From positions 2,132 to 66,131 of the forward strand of contig JBIKUD010000004.1 in NCBI GenBank assembly GCA_044347745.1: a stretch of DNA of 64,000 nucleotides, written 5' to 3'. Below, piece by piece: positions 52,410-61,899 of the stretch (position 1 is the first letter of the stretch; every line of letters begins with the position of its first letter). Below the pieces are notes generated by a model. It ran no database searches, was not told where the DNA came from, and worked only from the letters and a program-made list of their open reading frames with translations. Origin of the DNA: Bdellovibrionota bacterium. Lineage in GTDB: Bacteria > Bdellovibrionota_C > UBA2361 > JAFLCA01. Both the position numbers and the translations under genes were made by a program.

Positions 52410-52688
52410 ATGGGGTGCTCTACCCCCTGCGTACTTGGACTTTCTTTAGAGCACTTAGTGGCATATACTAAGCAAATGGGTGGCGATAGTTTTTCATTTT
52501 GGCGTTTCGACTTGGCTCAAGTCTTGAAGGCGCTTTTTGTTATTTTGCTTCTTAGAGGCATTACCATCTTGTTGGGTTTTGAGCAGCAAGTGCCAATTGT
52601 TGACGACATTCTAAATGTGCTTGTTAATGCGGCTAAGGTGATGGCAGAAGCGATTAGTGGGTTTGTGCGCGGCCGCACAAGCTTCTAA
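52410..52688 (+). CDS. Small hypothetical membrane protein (92 aa), doubtful
   Basis: ORF ending exactly at repeat copy 3; hydrophobic stretch; no homology recognised. Confidence 0.25.
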   Translation: MGCSTPCVLGLSLEHLVAYTKQMGGDSFSFWRFDLAQVLKALFVILLLRGITILLGFEQQVPIVDDILNVLVNAAKVMAEAISGFVRGRTSF

Positions 52689-52689
52689 G

Positions 52690-53029
52690 CGCGCTGTGAA
52701 AAACGTAAAAATGCTTTAAATTGCAGAAATTCCGGCTCGAGAAAAACAGGACTCTCTTGACGGATAATTTGTAGCTCGAGCCCAATTCCTTGCAATTTTG
52801 GCCGCATTTTTACTCGCGTTCATACTTTGTTCCGAGGCTCGAAGTCTCCCTGCGAGGTGCATTGAGCACCACTCAGTCGCCATCAAGCCTCGCGCCTCGT
52901 CTGAACGCATTTTGACAGCGCGCTCAGAAAACAACTAACTCGCCTTGCACGATTTTCAAGAAGCCCATCTGTTTTTGTAAATCTTAAATACGCGCTGTGA
53001 AAAACGTAAAAATGCTTTAAATTGCAGAA
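52690..53029 (-). repeat. Copy 3 of the structured repeat element (minus orientation), flanked by perfect 39-bp direct repeats
   Basis: DRs CGCGCTGTGAAAAACGTAAAAATGCTTTAAATTGCAGAA at 52690-52728 and 52991-53029; hairpin 1 rc at 52816-52908. Confidence 0.85.
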
Positions 53030-53043
53030 GTTCTTCTGCTCGC

Positions 53044-54081
53044 CTACTTTGCTTTGTCGTCCTGATCATACTCGTCGACTATTTCGTGCCCAACGACCTC
53101 TTCGAGAATATCTTCCAGAGTAACAATTCCCGCTAACCCGCCGTGCTCATCAACAACCGAGCAAATATGCTCATTATATTCAAACATCTTAAGCAAGATA
53201 TTATCCAGACGCGCAAGCTCTGGAACCGCGGTAAGCGGTCGCGCCAGATCCTTTAAGGTTGCATTTTTATTGCCGGAGACTATTTCTCTGTATAAATCAC
53301 GCTGGCGCACATAACCTGTAAGATGCTCTGGCTCGGCCTCGTTATAAATTGGCACTCGGGTGTATTCCCACTCAAGAATTGAGGATGAGATATCCCCCAG
53401 CGTTTTATCCTCAGGAACTCGAAATACGACCACGCGCGGAGTAAGCACATCCCGCACTATTTTCTTATCAAGGCCAATGACATTATGAATTACCGAACCT
53501 TCTAGCTTATCAAGCGACCCTTCTCGGGTGCCCAGTTGAGCCAACGCCAATACCTCTTCATGTGAAACTTGGGGAGCACTTGCGCCAAAATGTAAGCGTT
53601 TTGAAATCTGAACAGAGACCCAAATTAAGGGAGAAAATAGTTTAACCAAAAAACTTAAGGGGATTGCAGCAAAAATCGCTACCTGTTTGGCATATCGCAC
53701 CCCAATAACCTTAGGGGATACTTCAGCAATGTAGAGCACCAAAATTGAAAAAGTGGCGGAAAATAAAATGAGCCCGAGCTCCCCCCACATATCACCGGCT
53801 ACCGCTCCTGCTACTGTAGCGCCTATCGTGTTCGCTCCAGAAGAAAGAATTAAGATAGCGGTAATCGGTCGTTCAACGTCACGCTTAAGCTGCTGAAGCA
53901 CCCTGCCAGCGCGACCACCTGTATAGGCGAGCTGCTGCACGTAGGTCATGGGCACGGCAAAAAGTGCGGCCTCAACCACAGAGCAAACAAATGCTACTAG
54001 CAAAGAAAGTGAGACGGACAGAATAAGCAACGTGAGCATGTCGGAATAAGATAAGCTAAAAAGCCACGCCTTGTCACGCAC
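53044..54081 (-). CDS. CNNM/CorB-type transporter-associated protein (DUF21 transmembrane domain + CBS pair)
   Basis: 4 TM DUF21 N-terminus then two CBS motifs; lacks CorC_HlyC C-terminal domain. Confidence 0.8.
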   Translation of the reverse strand: MRDKAWLFSLSYSDMLTLLILSVSLSLLVAFVCSVVEAALFAVPMTYVQQLAYTGGRAGRVLQQLKRDVERPITAILILSSGANTIGATVAGAVAGDMWGELGLILFSATFSILVLYIAEVSPKVIGVRYAKQVAIFAAIPLSFLVKLFSPLIWVSVQISKRLHFGASAPQVSHEEVLALAQLGTREGSLDKLEGSVIHNVIGLDKKIVRDVLTPRVVVFRVPEDKTLGDISSSILEWEYTRVPIYNEAEPEHLTGYVRQRDLYREIVSGNKNATLKDLARPLTAVPELARLDNILLKMFEYNEHICSVVDEHGGLAGIVTLEDILEEVVGHEIVDEYDQDDKAK

Positions 54082-54318
54082 TTAAGAAAGCCAACCGAAG
54101 CTCTTTACTTGTGAGGGTGAGGCGTTAAACTAGGCGTAGTAGTCTGAATCAAGAGGACTTCTCGCTACACCGAGCGTGACAAGTGGGGCCCTAAGCAAGC
54201 CTGACTATTCTTACATGGGCTATCGTGTCAAATCGAAATTTTAGACGATCTTACGAATGAGAGAGATAGTCAAAAAAGCTTCTCCTTTAGGAACATTCTA
54301 TTTATCGGAAGATACGTT

Positions 54319-55431
54319 GTGAGTGAACATAGACGATCCTTTGCTCTCGGTCTTGGCACCTGGTTTGGCATTCCGGTGCGGGTGCATGTGTCGCTCGTCC
54401 TTCTATTTCTTTGGGTGGCATTTGATGCCAAGCGGGATCAGATCGAGCCACTTACCGAAGTAACAGTCGTCGGACTACTTCTTTTTTGCGTCCTCCTCCA
54501 TGAGTTCGGCCATGCGCTCATGGCTCGCGTGTTTAAAATACAAACCAGCGATATTGTCCTTTATCCATTTGGTGGTATCGCCAGCATCCAGGGTTCACCA
54601 AGTCCATTTGCTGAGCTACTCATAGCCGCAGCCGGACCATTAGTAAATGTAATCATTGCGCTTGCTCTTTTATTAGTGAGTGAAATGCCTCAAGAACCTG
54701 AGGCTATCATTGAAAGCAACAGCCTCAGTGCCCGTCTACTGGTGGCCAACATTTTCCTCGTTATTTTCAATTTAATTCCTGCCTTGCCTATGGATGGCGG
54801 TCGAATTCTGAGAGCATTTTTAGCACTCTTAGGTCTCCAATCAGCCACCGCTATTAGTTGCCGGCTGAGTCAGGCTTTAAGCCTTTGCATGGGTTTTTAT
54901 GCGCTTTATTCCGCCAGCCCTATTCTGGTTATAATTGCGGTACTCATTTTTACCCAAGCTACCAGTGAGCTTATGCATGACAAAGCACAGAGGCTTTCTC
55001 AAGGACTTACGGTGCGTCAAGCGATGATTGAAGCCAAACATCTCGTGAGCTTCCCGCATGGGGCAACCTTAGAAGCTGCCTTCCAAATTGCAGCTAAATC
55101 CCCCCAACCAGTTTTTCCAGTTTTTCATGGCTCAAGTTGTATTGGACTGATCGATCGTCAAACTTTAATTGAGGCCGGTGCAAGTAATCCGAGTGATGAG
55201 TACTTAAGCGCCTATATTCAAAGAGAGGTACCGCAGGTGCAGGTTGAAGCGCCTTTGACGGCGCTTATCCACACCCACATCTTGAATAGTCATGAATATA
55301 TAATTGTCCTAGAACACCAGCAATTTGCCGGTCTACTCATCAGAGAGCGAGTGCTTGAGTTTTTGCTTCTAAACGGAATGCGTGTCGAACAAAAAACATT
55401 TGCTGAAAAATTTGGCGAAGATCTCCCTTGA
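54319..55431 (+). CDS. Site-2 protease family (M50) membrane metalloprotease with C-terminal CBS domains
   Basis: HEFGHALMA zinc motif in TM helix, second-site LIPALPMDGG, then CBS pair. Confidence 0.75.
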   Translation: MSEHRRSFALGLGTWFGIPVRVHVSLVLLFLWVAFDAKRDQIEPLTEVTVVGLLLFCVLLHEFGHALMARVFKIQTSDIVLYPFGGIASIQGSPSPFAELLIAAAGPLVNVIIALALLLVSEMPQEPEAIIESNSLSARLLVANIFLVIFNLIPALPMDGGRILRAFLALLGLQSATAISCRLSQALSLCMGFYALYSASPILVIIAVLIFTQATSELMHDKAQRLSQGLTVRQAMIEAKHLVSFPHGATLEAAFQIAAKSPQPVFPVFHGSSCIGLIDRQTLIEAGASNPSDEYLSAYIQREVPQVQVEAPLTALIHTHILNSHEYIIVLEHQQFAGLLIRERVLEFLLLNGMRVEQKTFAEKFGEDLP

Positions 55432-55432
55432 T

Positions 55433-56344
55433 ATGCAGCAAAAAAAGCCCTTCCTGGCTCAAGTCTGTATTGTATGCATCCAACTTACAGGACTACTTCC
55501 ACTCACGCTCAGACGCCATATTGGCTGGTTCTTAGGACAATTACTTGCTCCCTTTTTGCGCCGAGAAGTTCAGATTGCTCTCGCACAGACATCCTTTGCA
55601 CTGCCTAAGAACCATCAACCATTGCCCTCGCACATATTTTCGCACCTCTGTCTGAGCGTTTTAGAAGCCTGCAATCTTAAGCCCATATTGACCCGTTCTC
55701 AGGAACTTATTACTTGCCCCGACTTGCTCAAAATGAAAGAAGCACTTGCCGAGAAGAAAGGGGTTATTTGCCTCACCGCCCATTTTGGATGCTGGGACCT
55801 TTTGGCTGCCTGGGCAATCCAATCCGGGTTTCCAATGCGACCTATCGGTCGCCCCGCACGCAACAAGATAGCTCAAGCTATTTTACAATTCTGGAGAGAA
55901 CGCTATGGGGTATATACGGTGTGGAGACACACAAAAGGCGGAGTCTCGGAGATCCTTTCAACTTTAGAGAAGGGAGAAATGATTGCGGCCCTTATCGATC
56001 AGGATACAAGAGTAAAAAGCATCTACTCCCCCTTCTTTAGTCTAGATGCCAGGACACCTTCAGCGCTTATTGAGCTTGGCCTAAGGCGCAACTGTCCCAT
56101 AATGGGTGCCTGTATGCGCAGAACGGTCGACGGACGTTACGAAGTTTCGGTTACCAGATTTACCGGTGGCTTGAATGAAGTTTTGGCTCAGTACCACAAC
56201 TTCTTAGAGCAGCAAATCCTAAAAGCTCCGGCACAGTGGGTCTGGTTTCATAAACGCTGGCGTTCACGGCCGGATGGGCGCATTCTAAGAGGAGAGGAAT
56301 ACATTCAATTCTTAGATTCAACCAAAAAAAGAGGCTCTTTCTGA
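55433..56344 (+). CDS. Lipid A biosynthesis lauroyl/myristoyl acyltransferase family (LpxL/HtrB-like LPLAT)
   Basis: N-terminal TM, HFGCWDLLAAW (HX4D acyltransferase motif); start placed after upstream stop. Confidence 0.7.
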   Translation: MQQKKPFLAQVCIVCIQLTGLLPLTLRRHIGWFLGQLLAPFLRREVQIALAQTSFALPKNHQPLPSHIFSHLCLSVLEACNLKPILTRSQELITCPDLLKMKEALAEKKGVICLTAHFGCWDLLAAWAIQSGFPMRPIGRPARNKIAQAILQFWRERYGVYTVWRHTKGGVSEILSTLEKGEMIAALIDQDTRVKSIYSPFFSLDARTPSALIELGLRRNCPIMGACMRRTVDGRYEVSVTRFTGGLNEVLAQYHNFLEQQILKAPAQWVWFHKRWRSRPDGRILRGEEYIQFLDSTKKRGSF

Positions 56345-56399
56345 TATGCGCACTGGACCGACAGCAATAGTTTGCCACTTCCTCAGGCACACAAGCGGA

Positions 56400-56876
56400 A
56401 TGTTGGTTTTACTGATGCTCGCGCTAAACCTTACAGCCTGCGGCTCCTCGCTCACCCGCAGCCGCCACATTGAACGCGCAGAAGAGCTGGCCCGGCAAAA
56501 TAAAATTGACGAAGCTGTCGAAGAATATAGGCTGCATATGCAGCAACGTTTAGATCTTAAGAATAGGCCCGAGTGGGAAAACCCACATCTATATCTTTTA
56601 TTGATCGGTGATCTCTATCTGGGAATTGCCGAGATTGAAAAAGCTCAAAGTTATTATACCCAGGCTGAAAAAAATGGGGTGGATGAACGACTTATCTCAG
56701 ATCGTATACGCGCGATGGCTTCCTTTTATGAGAAAATAGGCACACTTGAAAAAGCGATAGAAATTTTGCAGCGCGAGCGTACCCGCGACCCACTTTTGTT
56801 TGACGCGATGCTGGACAGAATATCAAAACAACTGGTGAAACTAGAGCAGCAAAAAAAGGAGTCCCAGGCCCCCTGA
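56400..56876 (+). CDS. TPR-like lipoprotein
   Basis: MLVLLMLALNLTAC lipobox at internal Met; helical TPR-like body. Confidence 0.45.
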   Translation: MLVLLMLALNLTACGSSLTRSRHIERAEELARQNKIDEAVEEYRLHMQQRLDLKNRPEWENPHLYLLLIGDLYLGIAEIEKAQSYYTQAEKNGVDERLISDRIRAMASFYEKIGTLEKAIEILQRERTRDPLLFDAMLDRISKQLVKLEQQKKESQAP

Positions 56877-56892
56877 TTTATTTTGCAAGCAA

Positions 56893-57453
56893 TTATAAAT
56901 GCGGAGCTACACGAGAATCCGAAAAAAACTCTTGAAGCGCAAATCCGAGCGCATCATTAAGTGCCCAGGTCACCTTGCTCTCGTTCATCAATGGATGCTG
57001 ATAGGTGGTACTACCTTCATAACGTGACCGATAATCAAGAATTAAATTCTCGCTCCAGATTTCGATTTCCAACACGACGCGTGCCTCAACCGTGGAAGCA
57101 GGAAAACTAGGACGCACATCGGCGAACCATTCTTGCACTCGTACCGAAACAAGCTTACCAGTCCCTGGTCTTACATCCCAGTTATAGGCACGGGCATAGG
57201 TACGAAAAGCTTCATCAACCACTCCGCCGATATCTTGAGCTGGAACAATGCTTCGCCCCTCAATTTGCACAAGCGTAGGCAGATTTCTAGCGTCAACAAC
57301 AGGCCGCATCTGAATGGTTCTAGAATCGACCTGATGCCCAATTACTGGGGTTGAAATTGGCGGCAGGCTAATTTTGTTTCCAAATCCAGGAGCACAGCTC
57401 GTAAGTCCCCACAGGGAAAATAAAATGACAATTTTGAACCAGCGCTTTCCCAT
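56893..57453 (-). CDS. Hypothetical lipoprotein
   Basis: MGKRWFKIVILFSLWGLTSC lipobox. Confidence 0.45.
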   Translation of the reverse strand: MGKRWFKIVILFSLWGLTSCAPGFGNKISLPPISTPVIGHQVDSRTIQMRPVVDARNLPTLVQIEGRSIVPAQDIGGVVDEAFRTYARAYNWDVRPGTGKLVSVRVQEWFADVRPSFPASTVEARVVLEIEIWSENLILDYRSRYEGSTTYQHPLMNESKVTWALNDALGFALQEFFSDSRVAPHL

Positions 57454-57517
57454 ATACGTTCCTACTCTCATGTTTATTAGGATCTTGATTGACTAGAACT
57501 CATCACAAATTTACGAA

Positions 57518-58684
57518 TTATGAGATGGCTTCTAGAAGAGCATATTCCTTTTGCACTTCCGAGCTCACATCAGACTTGGCTGCCTGCACTATCGAGCACC
57601 AAGCTGAATGGCTCAAGGCCCCAAGATTATAAAACTCTGATAACGCCCAAAAGGAGGTGGCCCGTACCGCCGGAGCAGAGTCTTCTTTAAAAGCATTAAC
57701 TAAATCGGGGATAAGCGCAACGGCGCCTGTATTTACTGCCACACAAGCTGCGTTCCTAAGCAGCCCAGCTCGACGCGCGCGCTCAAGAGCTGTATGGGCG
57801 AAACTTGTGCGCCATACCTCCTGCGTACGAATGCGAAGCACTGCGCTCAGGTTAAGAATTTTCCCCGCTCCTTTAAGTGCGCCTAAGTTTACCAGGTCGG
57901 GCTCTCGCCCCTCTTTTTGCACGGCATGGTTGAACGGACAAACTTCCTGGCACACATCACAGCCAAAAATCCAGTTGCCAAGAGCTCGGCGTTCCCAAAG
58001 CGACAGCATGCCTCGTTTCTCTATGCTTAAATAAGCAATACATTTTCGAGCATCCAGGACTCGTTCATCAACGAAAGCATTTGTAGGACAAGCATTGAGA
58101 CAACGAGTGCAGCTTCGGCAGCCCGCGTATGCAGGAGTCTCGGGCTGATCGCAAATGTCCAACTCCCACACAATTTCCCCAAGCAGGAAAAAAGAACCCT
58201 GCCCGGGCCGGATCAAAAGTGTATTTTTGCCTACAAAACCAAGGCCACCGCGCGCCGCCACCGCTCGCTCTAAAATTGATACGGCATCACTGAATACTCC
58301 AGCCTCAAACCACCCTAGCTTCGCTTGGATGCGTTTAATGAGGCACTGCATTCGTTGGGGGAGCTCCGTATGGTAGTCGAGCCCCCAGGCATATCTGGCA
58401 ACCTTGCCATACCCAGGAGGGCAAACTGGGTGCTGAGCTGCGCTATAAGGAACGGCAAAGCTCACTATTGATTTGGCTGAGGGCAGAAGTCGCGCAAGGT
58501 CACCAAAATGGCTTGCCGGACGCTGCATATAGGCCATTTCACCGCTATATCCTGCCTGCTGCCAGTCTATAAGAGCCTTTACGGCCCCTTCTAGCGGTGC
58601 TAAGCCAGTACTACGCAATACTCGTAGCCCCTCGGCGGCTGCGGCAGATTCAAGTTCTTGATAAGTGATGGATTTTATCTGCAT
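57518..58684 (-). CDS. queG: Epoxyqueuosine reductase QueG (4Fe-4S, cobalamin-type) with C-terminal HEAT-like repeats
   Basis: Two ferredoxin-type CxxCxxCxxxCP motifs (CRSCTRCLNACP; CDVCQEVCP) and QueG N-domain; start moved to internal Met to avoid overlapping divergent gene. Confidence 0.8.
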   Translation of the reverse strand: MQIKSITYQELESAAAAEGLRVLRSTGLAPLEGAVKALIDWQQAGYSGEMAYMQRPASHFGDLARLLPSAKSIVSFAVPYSAAQHPVCPPGYGKVARYAWGLDYHTELPQRMQCLIKRIQAKLGWFEAGVFSDAVSILERAVAARGGLGFVGKNTLLIRPGQGSFFLLGEIVWELDICDQPETPAYAGCRSCTRCLNACPTNAFVDERVLDARKCIAYLSIEKRGMLSLWERRALGNWIFGCDVCQEVCPFNHAVQKEGREPDLVNLGALKGAGKILNLSAVLRIRTQEVWRTSFAHTALERARRAGLLRNAACVAVNTGAVALIPDLVNAFKEDSAPAVRATSFWALSEFYNLGALSHSAWCSIVQAAKSDVSSEVQKEYALLEAIS

Positions 58685-58747
58685 GCTGCCGATATATGCT
58701 CTTATGAGATTTGGCTCTTTAACACAGCAGATTAGAATTTCCCTCTT

Positions 58748-59449
58748 ATGAATTCTAGAGGAACAAAGCAAGAAGATCTGGGCTTCATTGATGCCCTCCT
58801 TGGCCTATTCTTTGAACCTAGCTCAACCACCGAAGTTTTGCTTAACCGCGAAAAACCGCCTTTTGCCGGCACCATCTGCCTCTGTTTTGTGCTCACCGTT
58901 TTTGTTCCCATATTTGCCCAGGCTTATAAATATGGTGTTTTTGTATTTGACGGGACCGCGCTTTTAAGCCTGGCGCTTGTAATGTTCTTTACCTTTTTAG
59001 TGTTCGTGCTGGTTGAGGGGCTTTTCCTGCAGCTCCTTGGCGTCGAAGTGAATGTACATCAACTTTTAGCCATTACCGCGTACTGCCTCACTCCCTTTGT
59101 TTTGGCACTGTGGTTGATTTATTTCTTTAACTATATGGCGATGGGCCGCCTCACGCTCATAACCCTTCTGATGACGGGGACCCAAGCCGGTGACGATAAG
59201 TTCATGCAAATCGTGCCCATTGCTTTTATTGTGGCACAATTAAACATGTGGATTGTGCTTTTTTATAGCCTGCGTTTTTTGGGTTCCATGCACGTAATAA
59301 CGGGACTCCTCGTTACCCTTCTCTCTTTAATTCCGTTCTATCTTGCGCTGCTTATAGCCCTGTATATTGGCGAAACTGCTCGTGAAGGGACCATTGAGAT
59401 TTTCAAGAGCATTCTTGTTTCCCCGCTCAATTTAACAGTGTATCGCTAA
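58748..59449 (+). CDS. Yip1-domain integral membrane protein
   Basis: 5 TM helices with Yip1-like spacing, 233 aa. Confidence 0.55.
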   Translation: MNSRGTKQEDLGFIDALLGLFFEPSSTTEVLLNREKPPFAGTICLCFVLTVFVPIFAQAYKYGVFVFDGTALLSLALVMFFTFLVFVLVEGLFLQLLGVEVNVHQLLAITAYCLTPFVLALWLIYFFNYMAMGRLTLITLLMTGTQAGDDKFMQIVPIAFIVAQLNMWIVLFYSLRFLGSMHVITGLLVTLLSLIPFYLALLIALYIGETAREGTIEIFKSILVSPLNLTVYR

Positions 59450-59560
59450 TTTGCGCCCCATTCGGTTCTCCCCCTCAAATTAGCCCCCATAGAAGGGCCA
59501 ATTTGGCCTGAACCTATTGACCTGTCTCAGTATTTTGGAGATAGTGCCGAGCACTCGAAA

Positions 59561-59638
59561 GTCCCTATCGTCTAGCCCGGTCTAGGACGTCAGCCTTTCA
59601 CGTTGAAAACACGGGTTCGAATCCCGTTAGGGACACCA
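59561..59638 (+). tRNA. tRNA-Glu: tRNA-Glu (anticodon UUC)
   Basis: GTCCCTA acceptor stem pairing with TAGGGAC, anticodon loop CUUUCAC, T-arm GGGTTCGAATCCC, discriminator A + CCA; closely resembles canonical bacterial tRNA-Glu. Confidence 0.85.
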
Positions 59639-59729
59639 GAGTTTGAATAGACAGCCTGTTTGTTGAGCGTACATCAAACACCTAAATCCTTGGCACACTG
59701 CGTGCCCCTCACCTGAGCAGCAGATTCGC

Positions 59730-60734
59730 TTGAGCATCAAGACAAAAATTGAAATCGGAGCTCTGCTTAGCCAAGTCAAAGGCCTGGGTGCGGTCGAGGA
59801 CATTGTCCGCTCAAAATTTGAATCAGATGCACCGCTGCTTTCAGAAATTCCCCGCTACACATTCGATCTTGGTGGAAAACGCATACGACCTATTTTAACG
59901 CTTACCGCAGCAAAACTTGCTGGACAAAGCCAACCGTCTCAGGAAGTTCTGGACGTTGCTGCTGGAATAGAACTTATTCACCTGGCGACGCTGCTCCACG
60001 ACGATATTATTGATAAATCGCCAGTCAGACGGCATAAGGAATCGGCGTACTCAAAATTTGGGATAGAGAGCACCCTGCTTTCCGGCGATTTTTTGCTGGT
60101 TCGTGCTTTTGCCCTTTGTGCCCGGCTTAAGCCTGAAATAATAGCTGCAACCGAAAAAGCTTGTGTTGAGCTTGTTGAGGGCGAAATACTTGAGACGCCC
60201 TTACACACCAGTACCCATACAATTGAAAGTTCTCTGCAAGTTGCCCATAAAAAAACTGCTGCCCTCTTTAGGCTCTCTGCATTCTCAGGAACCTTCAGCA
60301 TCACCGAAAATGCAAAGGTAGGAGAACAATTTTCGGACTTTGGGGAGTCCTTAGGCACCGCGTTTCAAATTTTAGATGATATCCTGGATATAACCTCCGA
60401 TGAGTCAGTGCTCGGGAAACGCTCCGGCATGGATTTGGTCGAAAGAAAGCCCTCATTAGTAAACGTTTTGTGGCTTCAGTCTGGCGCACAACTAGCCCAG
60501 GAACTCCTCATTGCACCCCGCTCCCCGGAGAAAGAGGAGGCTTTTCGCCAGTTGGGCCTGAAAGCCTTGCGTAATTCCGAGGTAATAGAACAGGCGCGGC
60601 AGCTTGCAACCAATTATGTTGAAAAGGCTCGTAAATCCCTGACCGCTGGCTGTGAACTTTTAGGAAGCCCCGATGCAAATGCCCTCAAATTATTAGATGG
60701 CTTGCTGCAATATACTCTTGAAAGAGTGCATTAG
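59730..60734 (+). CDS. Polyprenyl diphosphate synthase (trans-IPPS, IspB/HepT-like)
   Basis: FARM LLHDDIIDKSPVRR and SARM FQILDDILDIT. Confidence 0.85.
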   Translation: MSIKTKIEIGALLSQVKGLGAVEDIVRSKFESDAPLLSEIPRYTFDLGGKRIRPILTLTAAKLAGQSQPSQEVLDVAAGIELIHLATLLHDDIIDKSPVRRHKESAYSKFGIESTLLSGDFLLVRAFALCARLKPEIIAATEKACVELVEGEILETPLHTSTHTIESSLQVAHKKTAALFRLSAFSGTFSITENAKVGEQFSDFGESLGTAFQILDDILDITSDESVLGKRSGMDLVERKPSLVNVLWLQSGAQLAQELLIAPRSPEKEEAFRQLGLKALRNSEVIEQARQLATNYVEKARKSLTAGCELLGSPDANALKLLDGLLQYTLERVH

Positions 60735-61261
60735 TTTTCCGGGAAAACCCAAGAACAAAAAAGAGAAAATTAAGCTGCACCCGAAATTCTGTAAAACTGC
60801 CTTACTGAGGGTGACCACCATAGCTTGATTGGGCTCTCGCTTTGCCTAGAGCTTCAAGCACTCAACCCCTTGCAATTGCAGCTTATTTTAGATAACCAGG
60901 AGTTAGTCTTCCCTATAGCCGGGATAAAAATCTTCAAACCTTAGTCAAATTCTAGGATACGTACATTCTCTGCCCCTCCATAACTATACACAGACATTCA
61001 GGGAATTGCGCTTTGACCGTTCCCGATCTGGAGCCAAGAGCCGGGAAGCACTTGGTTAAAGTGAGGCCTAAAGCCCCATCCAGATAGCCCCACTCTCGCT
61101 CTTTTCTTTTTTGGGTGACTTGCTGGATCCCAGACAAACGCTCACCCGATATTGGTTCTTACTTAGGTTGTTTCTCATTTGTTCTCTGGAACTGTTTTTT
61201 GCCCGTGCACATTGGTTGCCTGGCTAAAAAAAGAAACACAACCTTTTTGTTGGAGTATATC

Positions 61262-61549
61262 GTGAGCAGCTCAGAAAAACTTCCTTCAATGGACCTTGGC
61301 TACCTAGGCGGTAGAGGGTACGACGCGATTAACGAATTAATGCGCGCCATAATCTTAAGAACCATAGAAGATTATAATTCGCAGGGCGAGTTTAGAGAGG
61401 AAGCCATCGAATATCTTTTCGATGAAGAAGAGGAATACATATTTTCATTCCGGGCTATATGCCGGCATCTTGGCTTCGACCCAGAGAAAACTAGGCATAG
61501 TATTATGCATGCTACTCATCGGATTAGCACCCGCAGACGCGCTGCATAA
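61262..61549 (+). CDS. Small hypothetical protein (~95 aa, GTG start)
   Basis: GGAG RBS 7 nt before GTG 61262; acidic helical protein; followed by a strong terminator. Confidence 0.35.
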   Translation: MSSSEKLPSMDLGYLGGRGYDAINELMRAIILRTIEDYNSQGEFREEAIEYLFDEEEEYIFSFRAICRHLGFDPEKTRHSIMHATHRISTRRRAA

Positions 61550-61585
61550 AAGCGTCACTGTGGTTATATAAGTGGTAATAAAAAA

Positions 61586-61611
61586 GGGCCCTCTCCGGGG
61601 CCCTTTCTATT
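61586..61611. terminator. Rho-independent terminator (bidirectional type)
   Basis: AAAAAA-GGGCCC-tctccg-GGGCCC-TTTCTATT: perfect 6-bp GC stem flanked by A-tract and U-tract. Confidence 0.55.
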
Positions 61612-61632
61612 AAAGTAAAGCCTTGAGGCGAA

Positions 61633-61896
61633 CTTAGCTTTTTCACGTTTCTGTTCGTCGGCAAAATGCGTTCAGACGAGGCGCGAGGTTCGTGGGCCGA
61701 ATGAGTGGTACTATACGTACCTCGCAATGAGGCCCCGAGCCTCGGAACAAAGTATGAACGCAACGAAAAACGCTCCTAGAATTGCTAGGAATTGAGCTCA
61801 AAATCGTTCTTTTTCCTGCAATAATGCGAGGCTTTTAGCGAGCTCAACTTCCTGCAATTTAGAGCGTTTTTCGGTTTTTCCCGGCGAACCTACTCT
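61633..61896 (+). repeat. Copy 4 of the structured repeat element (plus orientation), terminal repeats degenerate
   Basis: Hairpin 1 at 61668-61761, hairpin 2 TTGAGCTC...GAGCTCAA at 61791-61845, right-end block CAATTTAGAGCGTTTTTCGGTTTTTCCCGGCGAACC. Confidence 0.8.
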
Positions 61897-61899
61897 TTT

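Noticed and set aside
52690-53029. A possible CRISPR array or integron attC site, suggested by the perfect 29-39 bp direct repeats
   Set aside because: Only two repeat units per locus are separated by ~270 bp of conserved, structured sequence, so these are not short unique spacers. No cas genes are present. The element's GTTCAGA does not fit the attC core GTTRRRY, and no integrase is nearby.
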